From positions 62,001 through 126,000 of the forward strand of contig CAJNYD010000002.1 of NCBI GenBank assembly GCA_905331295.1: 64,000 nt of DNA, read 5' to 3'. The notes below the pieces were generated by a model. That model was not told where the DNA came from and ran no database searches. It saw only the letters and a program-made list of their open reading frames with translations. The position numbers and the translations under genes were made by a program. The stretch comes from Rotaria socialis. Its lineage: Eukaryota. This document shows, in pieces, positions 22,313 through 36,039 of this stretch; position 1 is the stretch's first letter; each line of letters starts with the position of its first letter.

Positions 22313-25300
22313 ATGTCTAGCAGAAGATCAGTGTACAGACATAAAAAGATCCAGCAACAAAACTTAGATATTGGTGAGGCATTTTCTGAAGATTATCATA
22401 ATCTTATTTAATAGTTCTCAGCTTATGCACTAGCCTGTTACAATATATCTGAAAATGACGAAACTTGCCTTCCGAACCAACATACTCTAGAACATAAGAT
22501 AGATGATGATGAAGAAACGAAATCAGAAACATCATCTCCAGATTTTGAAGATCTGCTTGAGATGGATGTTTCATCGGACACCAGCGACGAATTTAGCGAA
22601 CATGATTCTATGGAAGAAGATAACATGGAAGTCGATGAAACCAGGTGCGTTTTAACATCAGCTCAACTTTCATTTAACATAGTAAAACATTTTTCTAATG
22701 CTCGTAACAACGCATTTTAATGACAACATTTACTTAAATGATTATACTCGAAATATAAAGCGACACCAGCAGTACATCTATATTCACTTGATATAAAATT
22801 TTGAAAAAAGGCTTAATCGAACTACTGCTAATGCAACAAACACATAGCTATCAACGTTTGCATACAATACCTTATGAATAGCTTCATAGCGAAAATACGT
22901 GAAAAATATTCGAACGACCACGTCTATTACATAGGATAAAACAAAAATTATCCTGAAACAATTTTTACAGTCGATTGATAATCACCATCGATTTTAATCG
23001 ATTAGAAGAAACATCGAGTTAAATGCATTTTTTCAAGTAAAATCAGAAAAATCGATTGATAATCACCATCGATTTTAATCGATTAGAAGAAACATCGAGT
23101 TAAATGCATTTTTTCAAGTAAAATCAGAAAAATTGATTGATAATCACCATCGATTTTAATCGATTAGAAGAAACATCGAGTTAAATGGATTTTTTCAAGT
23201 AAAATCAGAAAAATCGATTGATAATCATCATCGATTTTAATCGATTGAAAGAAAACTGTATTCAAATGCATTTTTTGTCATATTTATCGTGATAGTCGAC
23301 GATGAAGGTATCGGTTTGCTATAGCTCAGCACGATAACAAGACGCTAAGATAATTTGGAGCCAGTTCAAGATAGGGCCTAGGTTGATATAATTTACTGAT
23401 AGAAAGTTACTATGACGATTATACTGGAGTGATGAGTAAACTCATTTGAATATTTTTTTAATGCTTTTGATTGAACTATTTATAGGTTTGAATATGACGA
23501 TTTCATGCCTGAGACAGGTATCACTCCAAACATTATTGCTTGTCTGCTCGTCATGTTCAAACGACGTCATCGTTTGTCTATACAATGTATCTCGGATCTT
23601 TTAAAATTATTGTCGATTTTGGGAGTTGATAGTGCACCTCGTTCATGGCATATGTTAAAACGACTGATTACTAAAATTGATGTTGCACCATCCTACCACT
23701 ATCCATGCTCCAGTTGTTCTGCCGCATCTACTTGTTCACGAAAATGTTCAAATTGTGGTTACAGTTTTTCATCAAATATTCCTCGCGATTATTTTTTGAC
23801 GTTTTCAGTTAAAGATCAGGTTGAGATTATATTGAGCAATAATGCTGATATCGACATATTTTCATCATCTTTAAACAATCACATAAGTGACATAAAAGAT
23901 GGAAATTTTTATCATCAGTTAAGTAATATATGTCCTGACAAGTTTATCACACTTACAATGAACGTTGATGGCGTAGAAGTGAAAAAAGGCTCTAAACAAT
24001 CAATATGGCCTATGCTACTTGTTGTCAATGAGCTTCCAATAAATCGGCGGAATGCTTTTGAAAATGTAATAATTGCTGGTATATGGTCAGGATCCCATAA
24101 GCCTTCTCGGGAGCAAATGCAATGCTTTCTGGCCCCTGTTGTTGAACAGTTATCGTTATTGGAACACGGATATCCTTTTTTTGATTATCAAAATTCAGAA
24201 CGTTTACAGAATACTATTATCAAAGTATTTTTAATTGCTGCCTGCTGTGACAAGCCCGCACAGGCTCTCGTTCAAAACATTGCAGAACCTATCGCAGCGT
24301 TTGGGTGTGGTCGTTGCGAACTCGAAGGTATAGTATGAGAGTAGTTTAATATAATCCACAACCGGTCGTATCTAAATTAGTTTTCAGTCTCAATTAAATA
24401 GTTAAGACAAACATAAAATATAGACTCGGATAATCAGAAAAACAAATTTAATCAAATCAATCAGATTAAAATCAAAAATAAAATAAAATTTATTGGACTG
24501 AAATAGGAGCACATTTTTATTAGTCAAATATTTTCTGACGAACATTCAGCGAGGTAGTTTTTGAGCGTCTATAAAATTTGCGTGGTCTACTATGTACCGT
24601 TGGTTAAGAGGAAAATTACGAAGCAAATTCTTGCATATAGCGATCGGTTTTGTTGGCATATGAAGTTAATACTAAAAAGATGTTTGAATAAATTACTTTA
24701 TTGTTAGGAAGGATGGTGAAGAGCGAGCGCGGTCATGTGCGGTCGTTTTCCATGAACAGAGTCAATTTAGAACAGATTATATTACGATCTAATGAGCGCT
24801 ACGATACTGTTCTCAGCTTGATACAATACCATGAGCAACAGCAACAGATGAGTACTTTTAACCAACGCTCAAGCAAACAAAAAAAGAAATTATTGAGCAA
24901 GTACAAAAAAGCTGAAAAGGGGATTACGGGAAAGTGCCTTCTTCGATCTTTATCCATTTTTGATGTGGGTACTTCGTTTCTGACGGATAGCTTACATAAT
25001 GTTTATAGCGGTGCTTTTGTAAGCTGAAAATTAAAAAAAATTATATTTCATCTATTTTTATTCATAGAAACGATTACTAAAATTGTGGTTTGACCGAAAA
25101 TATTCTTCACAAAATTGGAGTATTGCTAATAACATCAATGAGTTGTCTTCTTCATTTCTCCAATTACGTCTTCCATCAACCACAAGTCGACTTCCTAGGA
25201 ACTTGCTTCAATATAAAAAGTTCAAAGCTAGTGAACTACGTATACTCCTTCTTTTTGGTCATATTATTTTCTCTCAAATTCTAAACGAGGTTTATTATTC

Positions 25301-26734
25301 TCATTTACTGCAGCTTGTAGTGCTTATGCATATGGCAGAAGCAAGAAAAATTTTACCACAACATCCTCCTATTATACAACAACTATCTCATTCGTTTGTT
25401 CTTGACTTTTCCAAGCTTTATACTGTTCGCCATTGTGTGCAGACCGTGCATTCTCTTATTCACATGCCAGCAACGATAAAAGATTTTGGACCACTTACTA
25501 ATTTTACTACGTTCAACTTTGAAAATATATTAGGTAAAACGGTGAAACTTTTCTTTTTGAGGAAATAACTAACAATTAATGATTATAGTACTATCGAATT
25601 GCTATTGCCTTCATAACGAATTCTTATAATAGTTAATGTAAAAGACGGTGAAACATTCAAATTTTAATTGCCTACTGTTAATGTTCCTGAAAAGTTGATT
25701 GAGTATTTGACGTACTAATTATTTTCTATGCCATAAAAAAGTCAATCGTTTTTGCAGAAATGCACACTTTAAAATTTTTTCGAAAGCTCAGTCTCAAATT
25801 AATGCATTAATAAATACAGGAAGCCAATTTTATATCGATCTCATTCATTACAATCTGAAGTAACTGAAAAGTTGAAATAAAACTGATTTTGACGATTAAT
25901 CTCGATTGAAACCTAATAATAAAAAAGATTACAATGGATAAAAATCGATGAACAGCGCCCGAATATTTTTTCGTTATTCATAACCAAATTTAAACAAAAG
26001 TTGATTTCAATAGAAAAAAAATTTGTAGAGTGACTCCGAAATTTGACTCAAAATTTTTCATGAAGAACCTTTTTTTGAACAACTGCATATACACTTTTAT
26101 TTCCAACCTAGGTCAAATAACGCGTACCACGAAAAGTACTCGACGTCATTCTGAAGAAATAATTTCAGCACTTCACTTATATCAAGCAGCTACGGTTCAT
26201 TTGAACACATCATCATTAAACCATCATCTGCTTAGTTTTCTATCTTCTAATCTTGGTTATGCAAATAAGAAAGTAAACTTTCATGTAAAATTATTGCATC
26301 ACACAAAACAACAACATCATTTGGCGTCTGTTCTCTTTCCTGGTGTTCCTATTACTTATTTTCACGTGCTGTACATAAGACAATTGAGAATATCAACAAC
26401 AGAGTACTCAAAAAACAAAAAAGCAGATGATAGCAACATCATTTTTCGTCAAAACAATCTTAGTATATTTGGACGCGTTGTTTGCATCTTCTCTGTTGAA
26501 AATAGAGAACCGCTTATGTTGGTCAATTATCTTGAAAAAACAAATCCTCTTCTATGCACTACAAGCTTAAATAGTAAAATCATCAAGAGCGAACACATCA
26601 GACATGGAGACGATTCTACAGAAAAAGTTTGTCTCATTGAGGTCGCTGATTTTATTGAAAAATCTGTTTACTTCCGATCTTCCGACAGCATGAACCATTA
26701 TTTCCGTTTTCCTAACCTTTCTCATTCTTCGTAG
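22313..26734 (+). CDS. EnSpm/CMC (Tnp2/Transposase_21-like) transposase, 5 exons
   Basis: Exons 22313-22644, 23486-24327, 24708-25018, 25068-25532 and 26112-26734. Motifs LTMNVDG, SIWP...NELP, CDKPAQA...FGCGRC, DSLH, KASELR and HSLIH...FGPL...FNFEN. Confidence 0.85.
22971..23275. repeat. 81-bp tandem repeat (about 3.7 copies) in transposase intron 1
   Basis: Units start at 22971, 23052, 23133 and 23214. Confidence 0.9.
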
Positions 26735-27482
26735 ATTATTTAATACCAGCCTTACAAATACATTCAACTATTTAAAAGAAAATTCTTTTCTAATCAGAAC
26801 AAACATTAAAACATATCATGTAGATGCCATGCATTTAAAATGATGCAACGACAGAAAAATTGTTCACAATCAAATAACTCAGAACCACAACAAAGCTACG
26901 ATGGAGACTACATTTACAATACTCCGAGAAAAAGAAGATTTTCTTAAATCACACATTGAGAAGATAAAACTAAACAGATTTTAATGGATTATTCTAGGAA
27001 TTGATTTAAATAGATTCGGTTTCTTATCAAATATCTAGATTTTTCTCAAAAAATAGATTTTAAAGGATTATTCTAGGAATTGATTTAAATAGATTCGGTT
27101 TCTAATCAAATATCTAGATTTTTCTAAAAAAATAGATTTTAATGGATTATTCTAGGAACTGATTTAAATAGATTTAATTTCTGGCCGATTATCTAAATTT
27201 TTCTGATTAAAATTGATTTTAATTGATTATTGCACATGAAAATCGGTTTTAATTGATTATTTATGGGAAAGTAATCTAATATTAGCTGTTTTAATCGATT
27301 TTTCGAACAAAATCAAATTTAATCAGATTTTTCGCGATTTATTTTTACATGGGTTCTTGAGAAGGTTTTTATTAGCATATGTTATCTTAAACAAACTTGT
27401 TAGAGCGAATTAGAAAAGATACGAAATATGAATATTACCGAGATAATGACATATAACGCTTTCTTTTCGTTGGATTTCTTAA

Positions 27483-28172
27483 GGGTACTCCCCCCCCTCT
27501 TTTCTGACCAAAAATTCGATTTCGAGTTGCCTATAAGGAATGATAGCCTGAGATGCCATGTGCAATTGGAGACATCATTCGGCTCTAAATAGCTTACTAC
27601 TCGAGAGTTACTGAATTACAAAATTCTTGTTTCGGCAATAATTACATGTAAAGTCTTTTCTTCTTCTCTTCATAACTCAAAACACTAATTTTCTCAATCT
27701 TGCCCATTACAACCCCCCTCTAACTTTATCCAATTGAGCTGAAATTTTTACCATTGATACTTTAAGGTATTCTCAAGAGGTAAAATCGAGCGTTTTCGTT
27801 TCTGACTTTCCTACTCGGAATTGTAGGGTCCCGAAGTCCAGAAACCCCCTCTTGCCACGGGATCTTGGCGTATTTTCCTTATAAAAAAAAAAGAAAGTGA
27901 GATTTTTGAAAAAGCTCAAAATTACCTCTGACATATAGGCCTAGGTACCTGTAAAAAAATTTTCTGCTGCTTTTGACAAAATTTAATAGGGGTTTCCCTT
28001 GGCAAGATGGAAAACCAAAGGTTTTACAAAAAACCACTAAACCCCCTGAAAAAAATTTTTCCTCGAACACGTGTCTGGTCATTTTAGGTGTTCTATTTCT
28101 GGTACAAATTTCAGCTTGATCGGCTGCGCCAATTGCGAGATATGGAAATCATCAAAAAGAGGGGGGGTACCC
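27483..28172. mobile_element. Non-autonomous element with TTAA TSD and GG..CC ends (Kolobok-like)
   Basis: TTAA-GGGTACTCCCCCCCCTCTTTT...AAAAAGAGGGGGGGTACCC-TTAA. Confidence 0.8.
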
Positions 28173-30209
28173 TTAATCTACGCAGAATATGTGCAATTAT
28201 TCATTTTGTTCCTTTTTTTGAACGAATTTTGAATTGAAAAAAAGTTCAACGTTAAGTATTTTTTGTCGATGTTTTTGTATTAACTACACGATATATTTAC
28301 TATATCGTCTTTCTTTTTAGTGAAACATCTTTAAAAATAATGTTTAAGTCGAGGAACAGAAACACAGCAGAGCGTCCGATGTCCACATTTTAGCATATGA
28401 TCCACTAATTTGCAAAATGTTGCCCTTTCTTATTAATTTTTGATTTTTCAGAAAGAACTGCTGATCGATTTCTGATTTTGAAAAATAATCTTCTGAATTT
28501 TCAATTTTTTATCTGGCCACCCTGATTTCCGGTACTTTTTTTCAATGTTGATTTCTTGGTAGATTTAAATTTTATATTAAAGTCCAATGGATACCTTATT
28601 AAATTCGAGTTGGTATTGGTGATAAAGAAAATATGAATTATCTTTGTAACAATCCGTCATCTGTTACTGTCACTGTCAGTCATACGTGAAAACTAAACAA
28701 TAATGAAAGACTTCGCTATTATTAAGCCTACCCAAGCCTACCCTTTTCTAAGCTATGGTAGGCTCAAGCCTCGTGAGCCTACAGGCTCCGCCGCCAATGC
28801 GAGCAATCTAACGGAGAAATGATGAGGCGCATACACCAAACGGAGCTGTAGTCTCATCCGCTTTTAACTTCTATAGACTCCACTTCAATTAAATTATGAA
28901 TGTGAGACTTCACCACAGAACTGTTTAATATTTATATGGTAAAATGAATAAAACTAAGAAATAAAAGATCACCGTGAACTCATTAGTTATGTTATTATGA
29001 TTCATAATGAACTTCTTCGATATTATCTGCATAAACTCTCATGCTAACTAAACAAATCATGGAATTATATGATAGATTGTTGACAAACCAAATACTCTAA
29101 AATAGTATGTTTTACTTTGACGTCAATATTAAATCCAGGAGATAATTACCAGATCTTTTAGACCGATCAAAACAAATATTCCGAATTAGTATTTGTTATG
29201 ATTGCGTCAAAATTGTTGAGTTTTAAGTTTAGAAGTAATTCTATTGTATTTTTGAACCTTGAGATTTCGTAACCTTCTGCTTTATTATGATCTTGACAAT
29301 GACCTACACGAAAAATTATATTAAAAAAATGTATCACATAAAAAATCTCCGTTCTTTTTCTATAAATGTTTTTGAGATTAAGTGAGAAAACATTGAAAGG
29401 TCAAGTGACAATAATATTATTTTGTAGTATTTTTAATATGAGTTGAAAAGTACGAATATTTCCTCACTTACATTGTTAAGAGATGTGCATTGAATACTGT
29501 GCGGGCACATAACCAAGAGTTTATGTCCTTGAAGTTGATAATTAATATGCGTATTTAGTACATATACCATTCGTTCTTCTCTTCTTCCAAGGGACTATAT
29601 TGCTTTGTTGAAAATCATGATTTCAATTGATGAATGAACTCTTATGTTTTTTCTTTACTTTCGAAAGATTATCCAGAAATAAACGACCCATAAAGAGAAA
29701 ATAATATATTGGTTAAAGAGATGTAAACTTATAGATTGAAAAGTGAGATAATTGCTTTCGAAAATTTTAGAAAGTAGATTCCGATTTCCAATAGAAAGAA
29801 TCCATTTCTCCATGTTTCATACAAGCTTCCTCAATCGAAGAAACCGGTATAGCGCAAATGTTGGTCATCTTTTAAAAATCGCTTGAGTAACCAACGCAGA
29901 AATATTCTCTACTATTCAGCTCTGACTCATGTCCATACATTAAATTTATTTAAAATTAGTGGTTTTCAGAAAAATTTGAATGAACAGACAAATCCATCGA
30001 AACAAATATGCTTGAAAAACTCTCGACTACAATAAATACCATACCATAGTAACAAAAAAAATTAAAATCCAGTTTAACACTGCAAAGTAAATGATTCTTA
30101 TAGTTAAGTTTACTATGCGAAAGTTTAGAAAACTCTTTTCTTAAAAAAAACGAATGACATAGCTAATTGCATGAACGACTTTAATCAAGACCAAGCAGAG
30201 ATTTCAGAA

Positions 30210-30231
30210 GTGGGTGTGGGTGTGGGTGTGA
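30210..30231 (+). repeat. Interstitial telomeric repeat (TGTGGG)n at the Athena 3' junction
   Basis: GTGGGTGTGGGTGTGGGTGTGA. Confidence 0.85.
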
Positions 30232-30238
30232 CTAGCTA

Positions 30239-30283
30239 CCATAATCTATAGATTTCATTGGAACAACCCAAATCATCAGATGG
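30239..30283 (-). ncRNA. Minimal type I hammerhead ribozyme at the Athena 3' end
   Basis: On the - strand: CCAT-CTGATGA-T-TTGG-gttgtt-CCAA-T-GAA-ATCTATAGAT-T-ATGG, followed by TAGCTAGTCACACCC. Confidence 0.85.
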
Positions 30284-30544
30284 AAAATAATTTTAATGAT
30301 TTAAAAATAAAAATCAAAAAATTAATTCAAATTCTGACATATATTTAAATAAATAGATATATGTTGAAGAATTCAATTCATAGTTTTTTATTTATCTGAA
30401 TTGTTTTATTGATATATGAAAAATTTGAATGTTACAATTGCTATCTTCTTAAATTATGAAAGTTTTTAAATATTTGTCTTGTTTTTTTTTGAATGTTGTG
30501 TCGAGTCATTTTGTAGCTTCGTTATATTTTATTTCTTTCGTTCG

Positions 30545-31983
30545 TTATGTTGTTGTTGTAATTTTTTCGTTGGGTGTTTTCTCGGGTTGTTTTTCTTCTA
30601 GATAGTTGTAGAAATAAAATTGATATAAAAGATGTTTAAAATAAATTTTTTGGAATTAATTGAAAACTCACTTTTTGTTGTCTTATTTTGTAATAGCTTT
30701 TTGTCTGGTCGTTTTCTTATTAATTCATGTTGTATATCGCGACGATTTCGGTTGCTAACAATTAAGTGTGTATCCATTGCTGGTGTTTGTTGAAAGACGT
30801 CTTCGTATATTTTATGCATATCACGTTGACATGAATGGAATCTTCTTTCGTGTGTATAATGTATGAATATTTTTTCTCCAAAATTTGAAATTTTTTTTTC
30901 TGTTTTGTCTTGATATTTTTCTGGCTGATTTATTGGATTTTCTCCTAAATCATTATCTTTGTTTGCTTGTGCGGCACTTAATGCGACTTGTGACTGACGA
31001 AATGTTGGTTGACCTAATAATTTTTGTCGCATTTGAATATAATTTTTTTCCTGATCAATGTATTGTAAAAATGGTGATGTTGATTTATATTCGTAGAAAT
31101 ATTTCGTGAATTCATTTTCAATAAATGTTGAAGGATATCTAAAACATTTAGAATAAAACAAGTTTGTTTTCAAATACATTGTAAATATACTTACCCATTA
31201 TAGAGTAACATCAATTTTACATCACGTCGTTCATTATTAAATTCTTCAAATGTGGATGAATATCTGGTTGCACGTTCAAGAGAAGTTTTAATAATATTTG
31301 CAAAAACATGTCGTGGATGATCAGATGTAAATGGTGTTATATATGGTTCAGCTGCAGGCTTATGATAAACAGATGTTGCCAATGTTCCATTATTGTTTGT
31401 AAGTAAAAGATCAAGAAATGGAAGACTTTGATTTATTTTATAATCTAATTTAATATTTGGATTCCATGTATTTGCGTCATCTAATAATATTCTTAATTCT
31501 TCTTCGGATTTATTCCAAGTCATAAAAACATCATCGATGTATCTGAAAAAGAAAAAAATTGTATTCTCAATTATTTATTGATTTATTTTATTTTTGATGT
31601 CTTACCGGCCATATAATTCGCTTGTCTTTGTTTGTTCTTCAACAAGTTTTTTTTGCCATTCTGACATAAAAATATTTGCTAATGTTAATGTAAATGATGA
31701 GCCCATGGCACCACCAGTTGTTTGTTTATAAATTTTGCTGCCATAAGCAAAAACATTATCTTTAATTACAATGGAAGCTAATTTTTTTATTGTATCGATG
31801 CTAATTCCTTTCACTTTTCTATAACCATTTGTAGTCAGAAATTTCATAAGAATATTTAATGCTTCTTCTTGTGGTAACATTGTATATAAATTACGAATAT
31901 CAAATGTACAAAAAAGAGTTGTTGGCTTTAAGAGACCTTTTTTGTTATATTTTGAAAGTTCAGTAATTAAAGAAGCGCCATCA
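30545..31983 (-). CDS. Athena-type reverse transcriptase (partial, 5' end lost in gap), intron-containing
   Basis: FDIRNLY, GGAMGS, R|YIDD, PFLDL and SDHPRH motifs. Introns are at the same three positions as the copy at 437-1983. No lesion seen in the visible part. Confidence 0.9.
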
Positions 31984-32995
31984 NNNNNNNNNNNNNNNNN
32001 NNNNNNNNNNNNNNNNNNNNNNNNNNNNNNNNNNNNNNNNNNNNNNNNNNNNNNNNNNNNNNNNNNNNNNNNNNNNNNNNNNNTTGAAATCCAGACAAGA
32101 TTCTTTTTACTTTCCTGTCGAAAAGAATCTTGTCTGAATACAGGAATCTTGTCTGAAAGTAAAGAAAAACAAGAACCTGGAAAGAATAGGGCAAGATCGT
32201 CGATGAGTGTCGTTACTTTTTTTCTAATCTTCATCAATGAGTTGTAGAATTTTCATCTGGTTAATAGTTTCGGTGGATTGCCCTACAGTTTGATGGATTA
32301 ATTTCACTCATGACATCAATCTGCTACATTCTCAAATAATGAGCTGGCCGTAAAAAATGACACCGTTTGTATGTAGGCGATATTTTCTGTCATCAGAACT
32401 TCATCTTTTTTTTCTGTAAAATATTTCTTATTCAATGCTCTAGAAAATGTGATAGGAGGTGTTATCATCAAAGGTTACACTGAAGAATTCATTGAAGAAG
32501 ATTTTAAGACACAAAAGTACTACAGTTTTCAATAGCATCTTTCTTTTTAACGAGTAAATTACCGCCTGTTCTTCTCTAACAGATATCTAATTCGACAGAA
32601 ACAAGTTTTCCAATTACGCTCTTTTTTTCTACGATCATAATGACTTTCTCAAGTAATATCTTAATGTAAAAAGATGATATTTCTTGTAACCTACATTCTG
32701 AAGTCGGATTTTCCCACCTATACCAGGTTAAGTAATTAAAATATACTCTCATTTGACTTCTTATGGCAAATCGAATAATCTTTTCTTTCAAATAAAGCGC
32801 AGAACATACAGTACCAAGTAAGTTTTTGATTTCAAAGCATAAACTCTAAGAATGTTTTTGCAAGAAAATTCATGACGCTTGAGAACAGAGTTCTTGTTCG
32901 TTTTTCCATATTATTCAAGTAACTCCAGATATTAGCAAAAGATGAAACTTTCCAACGACTACAAAATGTCATATTCACATTTTTCGTTTAATCCA

Positions 32996-33229
32996 CACTG
33001 TAAAAAAGGGGCTTATGAAAGTGCCACGTGATGCATACCATTTTTTCTGTTTTTGAAATATCTGATAAACCTTTTTCCAAATCATAAACCTAAAAATCGT
33101 TTATTATCTTCGTCATATACGGAAAAAAGGGTTTATTATACGTTGCACTTTGATAAACCCTTTTTTTTGTTACATACCGTATCAAAAACGTTTTTTTCCG
33201 TTTATTATTCTGCAGATTTTTTTACAGTG
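32996..33229. mobile_element. CACTG-type MITE (EnSpm/CMC-like)
   Basis: CA-CACTGTAAAAAA...TTTTTTACAGTG-CA (2-bp TSD). Confidence 0.8.
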
Positions 33230-34901
33230 CAATCGTTCCCATATGATTCTTTTGCATGAAACTCTATCACAAAATTTATTACAAGGTTTTGTAGCGAATC
33301 GAATAAGGAATCAAGTGTCGATGACAGAAAATAAAGGAAATATCGTGCATTTACAAAAAGAGTCATTCTTTATTGCACATCGTATGTGATTCGATCAGTC
33401 ACCTGTAATTACAGTAATTTCAAATGTAAAACTCACGGAAAATTCTCATTCCAAAGAAACCACGCAGTTCATTTGCTTAATGTTCTCTTTTTTTCGTAAT
33501 CATAATTAGCGTGTCTCCTTAAGTCGTTTCCGTTTAGGTAAACAGTATTCACCACTGCCAATTACAATCTAAAGACACAAAATTTTACGTTTACCTGCTA
33601 ACGAAAGGCGTGAAATTCATACATCAGAGGTTTGATGTCAACATAATCCGTCTAATAGGGAGAATAGGTTCTGGAAATACACTGACCTTATCCATCAGCT
33701 ACAGAATCATCTACCATTTTCGTTTGTTTTGTGATGTTCGATTATTGATTTATTAAGAATGATACTGAAAATATCATCATACGAGAAATAAATTTAAAAG
33801 TTGTTTTTTTTCTTTCGAAAACGTATGTTTATGATAAGCTTGAAATAATACCTTTTTGTTTAAAACAACGTGTCATATTTCCTACTAAAGAAAGTACATC
33901 AGGAGCAAATGTTTTTATTTTTCATTGATTTAGTTTTGAGTTAGATTCATAAGTTTCACATAACTCGCCGAGTTCCATTGTTTTTTAGAAATTCTTTATT
34001 TGATTGAGCAATTAAATTTAAGATATTAAAATGAATAGATGAGCTAAAGTTATCGAATCTCTAAACACGATAAGCAGCTCGGTAAATGTAAAAGAAATTC
34101 GATCCGTTTAATTTTTTCATAGCTGAAGATCAAGATATGATTATCAGAGTTTTTGTGTGGCTGTTGTTAATCTATAAGAGAGGCTTCCTTTGTCCATATA
34201 TTCAGAATTTCCAATGAGACATCAGGTACATTCATCAGCATTCTTGATTATGCATCGGTGAAAAATTATAACTAAACTAAAACACAATATTTCTGATTAT
34301 GAAAGGCCGAAAGAAACAACGTACTCAGCAGACATACAAAGGTAGATTTTTTCCATATAACTAAAGTTCACGATGTGATAATCTATCAGTGTAGAGATTC
34401 ATGATTTTTTATTTCGGATATTTCACCAGGATAGAAATTGTCTAATGACTATAGATCAGAGAAGAAACTACTATACTTCAAATTGAAGCAGCAACGATGC
34501 TCATACAGTTATATCACTTGAAATTATTGCAAGATATATCAACATGGAAAAGTCGATAATAACAATATTTTCACTCGGTTAAGAAAAGAAACACTCATCC
34601 TGCTAAGTACAACTAGCCCAGCTGTCTTGTGAATTTCATGTCTAGATAAATATATCAAGGGTCTTAGGAATTTGAATAGTAGCCATAATGAGTCAATTCA
34701 GACGAATTATAGTATTGATTCCCTCAGAGCTTTCTTGTGTTTTTCTTCACATACAATATCTACGTCACTATTTTGTGCATTGATATTTTTACTCGTAATT
34801 GACTCTCATTTAACTTAACAATCGTTCATATGCTTCTTACATTGGTTTAACTGTTTACTAGTATTCGCATGATTAAATAGTAAAATAATTACATGGTACT
34901 A

Positions 34902-35082
34902 TCCCTAATGAAACATCTTGTAAGCAAGATTTGGAAATCTTGGGATTGGTAAGTAAAATCTTATCAAGATCTTAAAACAATAATTTCTATGTATACCCAG
35001 GTCGAAAAATCTGACACAAGATCTTATGAAACACATACAAGATCTTGGTCAAGATTTTATTTACAAGATATTTCGCTAGGGG
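34902..35082. mobile_element. Short MITE
   Basis: Imperfect TIR CCCTAatGAAAcATCTTGTAA / TTACAAGATATTTCGCTAGGG, TA flanks and internal CAAGAT repeats. Confidence 0.7.
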
Positions 35083-36039
35083 TAATCTATTTCTCGAATT
35101 TTAATACATCCTGTCGAAGATATTATATTAAAATGCGTGAGGTAGATTGACTTTTACTATAATTCGGTGTATTATTTCCGAAGCACCCAGATGTATCTAT
35201 GCTTTCAATGTCTTTCTTTTCTTTTCAAATAAATTAATGTTTAGTATTTTTCCAGAATTTAAACATAATCAGTTCTCTCTTATTCTTCAACATTCTCGTC
35301 CCTTCTTTCGAGTTCAACATTATCTTCTATCATTCAACTTTGTAATACAGTTGTCGAGTTCACTATAGTCTAAGTAAATTAAGTCAAGCACTCAATTTTT
35401 AAAGGCTTATCCTTCTCTTTTACTTGAAAGTACTATCAACCTTTAAGAATAATTAATCCGTGATCTTATCATTTTCGTGCGGATAAGAAAGCCACACATT
35501 CATACTCTGCTGTTCTTCGCCATTTGATTGCAAACCATTTAAAACACTCCGAAAAATGTTAGATAATAATTTTTTAGTACTAAAAATTGAGTTCATAGGT
35601 TTCTCATATATTTACACTTGATTTTGTTGATGAATCGCTGTGGCTCAGTGTAGAAATATTTTTAGTGCGAATCAGTTGGAAAAGACGAAATAAATAAAAG
35701 GCCTTTTGTTCAAGAAATATATTTCACATAGAATGATGCTGACGAAATGCTTTTGAAGATGTGGTTTTTATCTCTTAACATAGAAAATAGATTTATTTTA
35801 ATCAATTCTAGTTCTTTCATCAATTAAGTAAATTAAAAATAGAATTTTTCTTTACGTTTCCACTTCAAAGACAGCCTATTTGTTAAATTCATCTTTAAGA
35901 CAAGATAATTACGCTACTCAACGCCTATTAGGGACGATAGATGCAGAATAAGCAAGAAAAAAATATACACACCATTGTTACACATTCCTTTCTACACAGT
36001 ATCTGACTTTATTATTTTCCTTATTTATTAGGTGCTAAT

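Larger units (their letters stand above)
18874..27353 (+). mobile_element. EnSpm/CMC-type DNA transposon with two genes (left end uncertain, abuts gap)
   Basis: Transposase gene, CCC...GGG outer sequences, 28-bp tandem repeats at the left (18922-19010) and 79-bp tandem repeats at the right (26976-27200). Confidence 0.7.

Noticed and set aside
31942..32247. ORFs spanning N runs (also 18642-18956)
   Set aside because: These are artefacts of translating across scaffold gaps.
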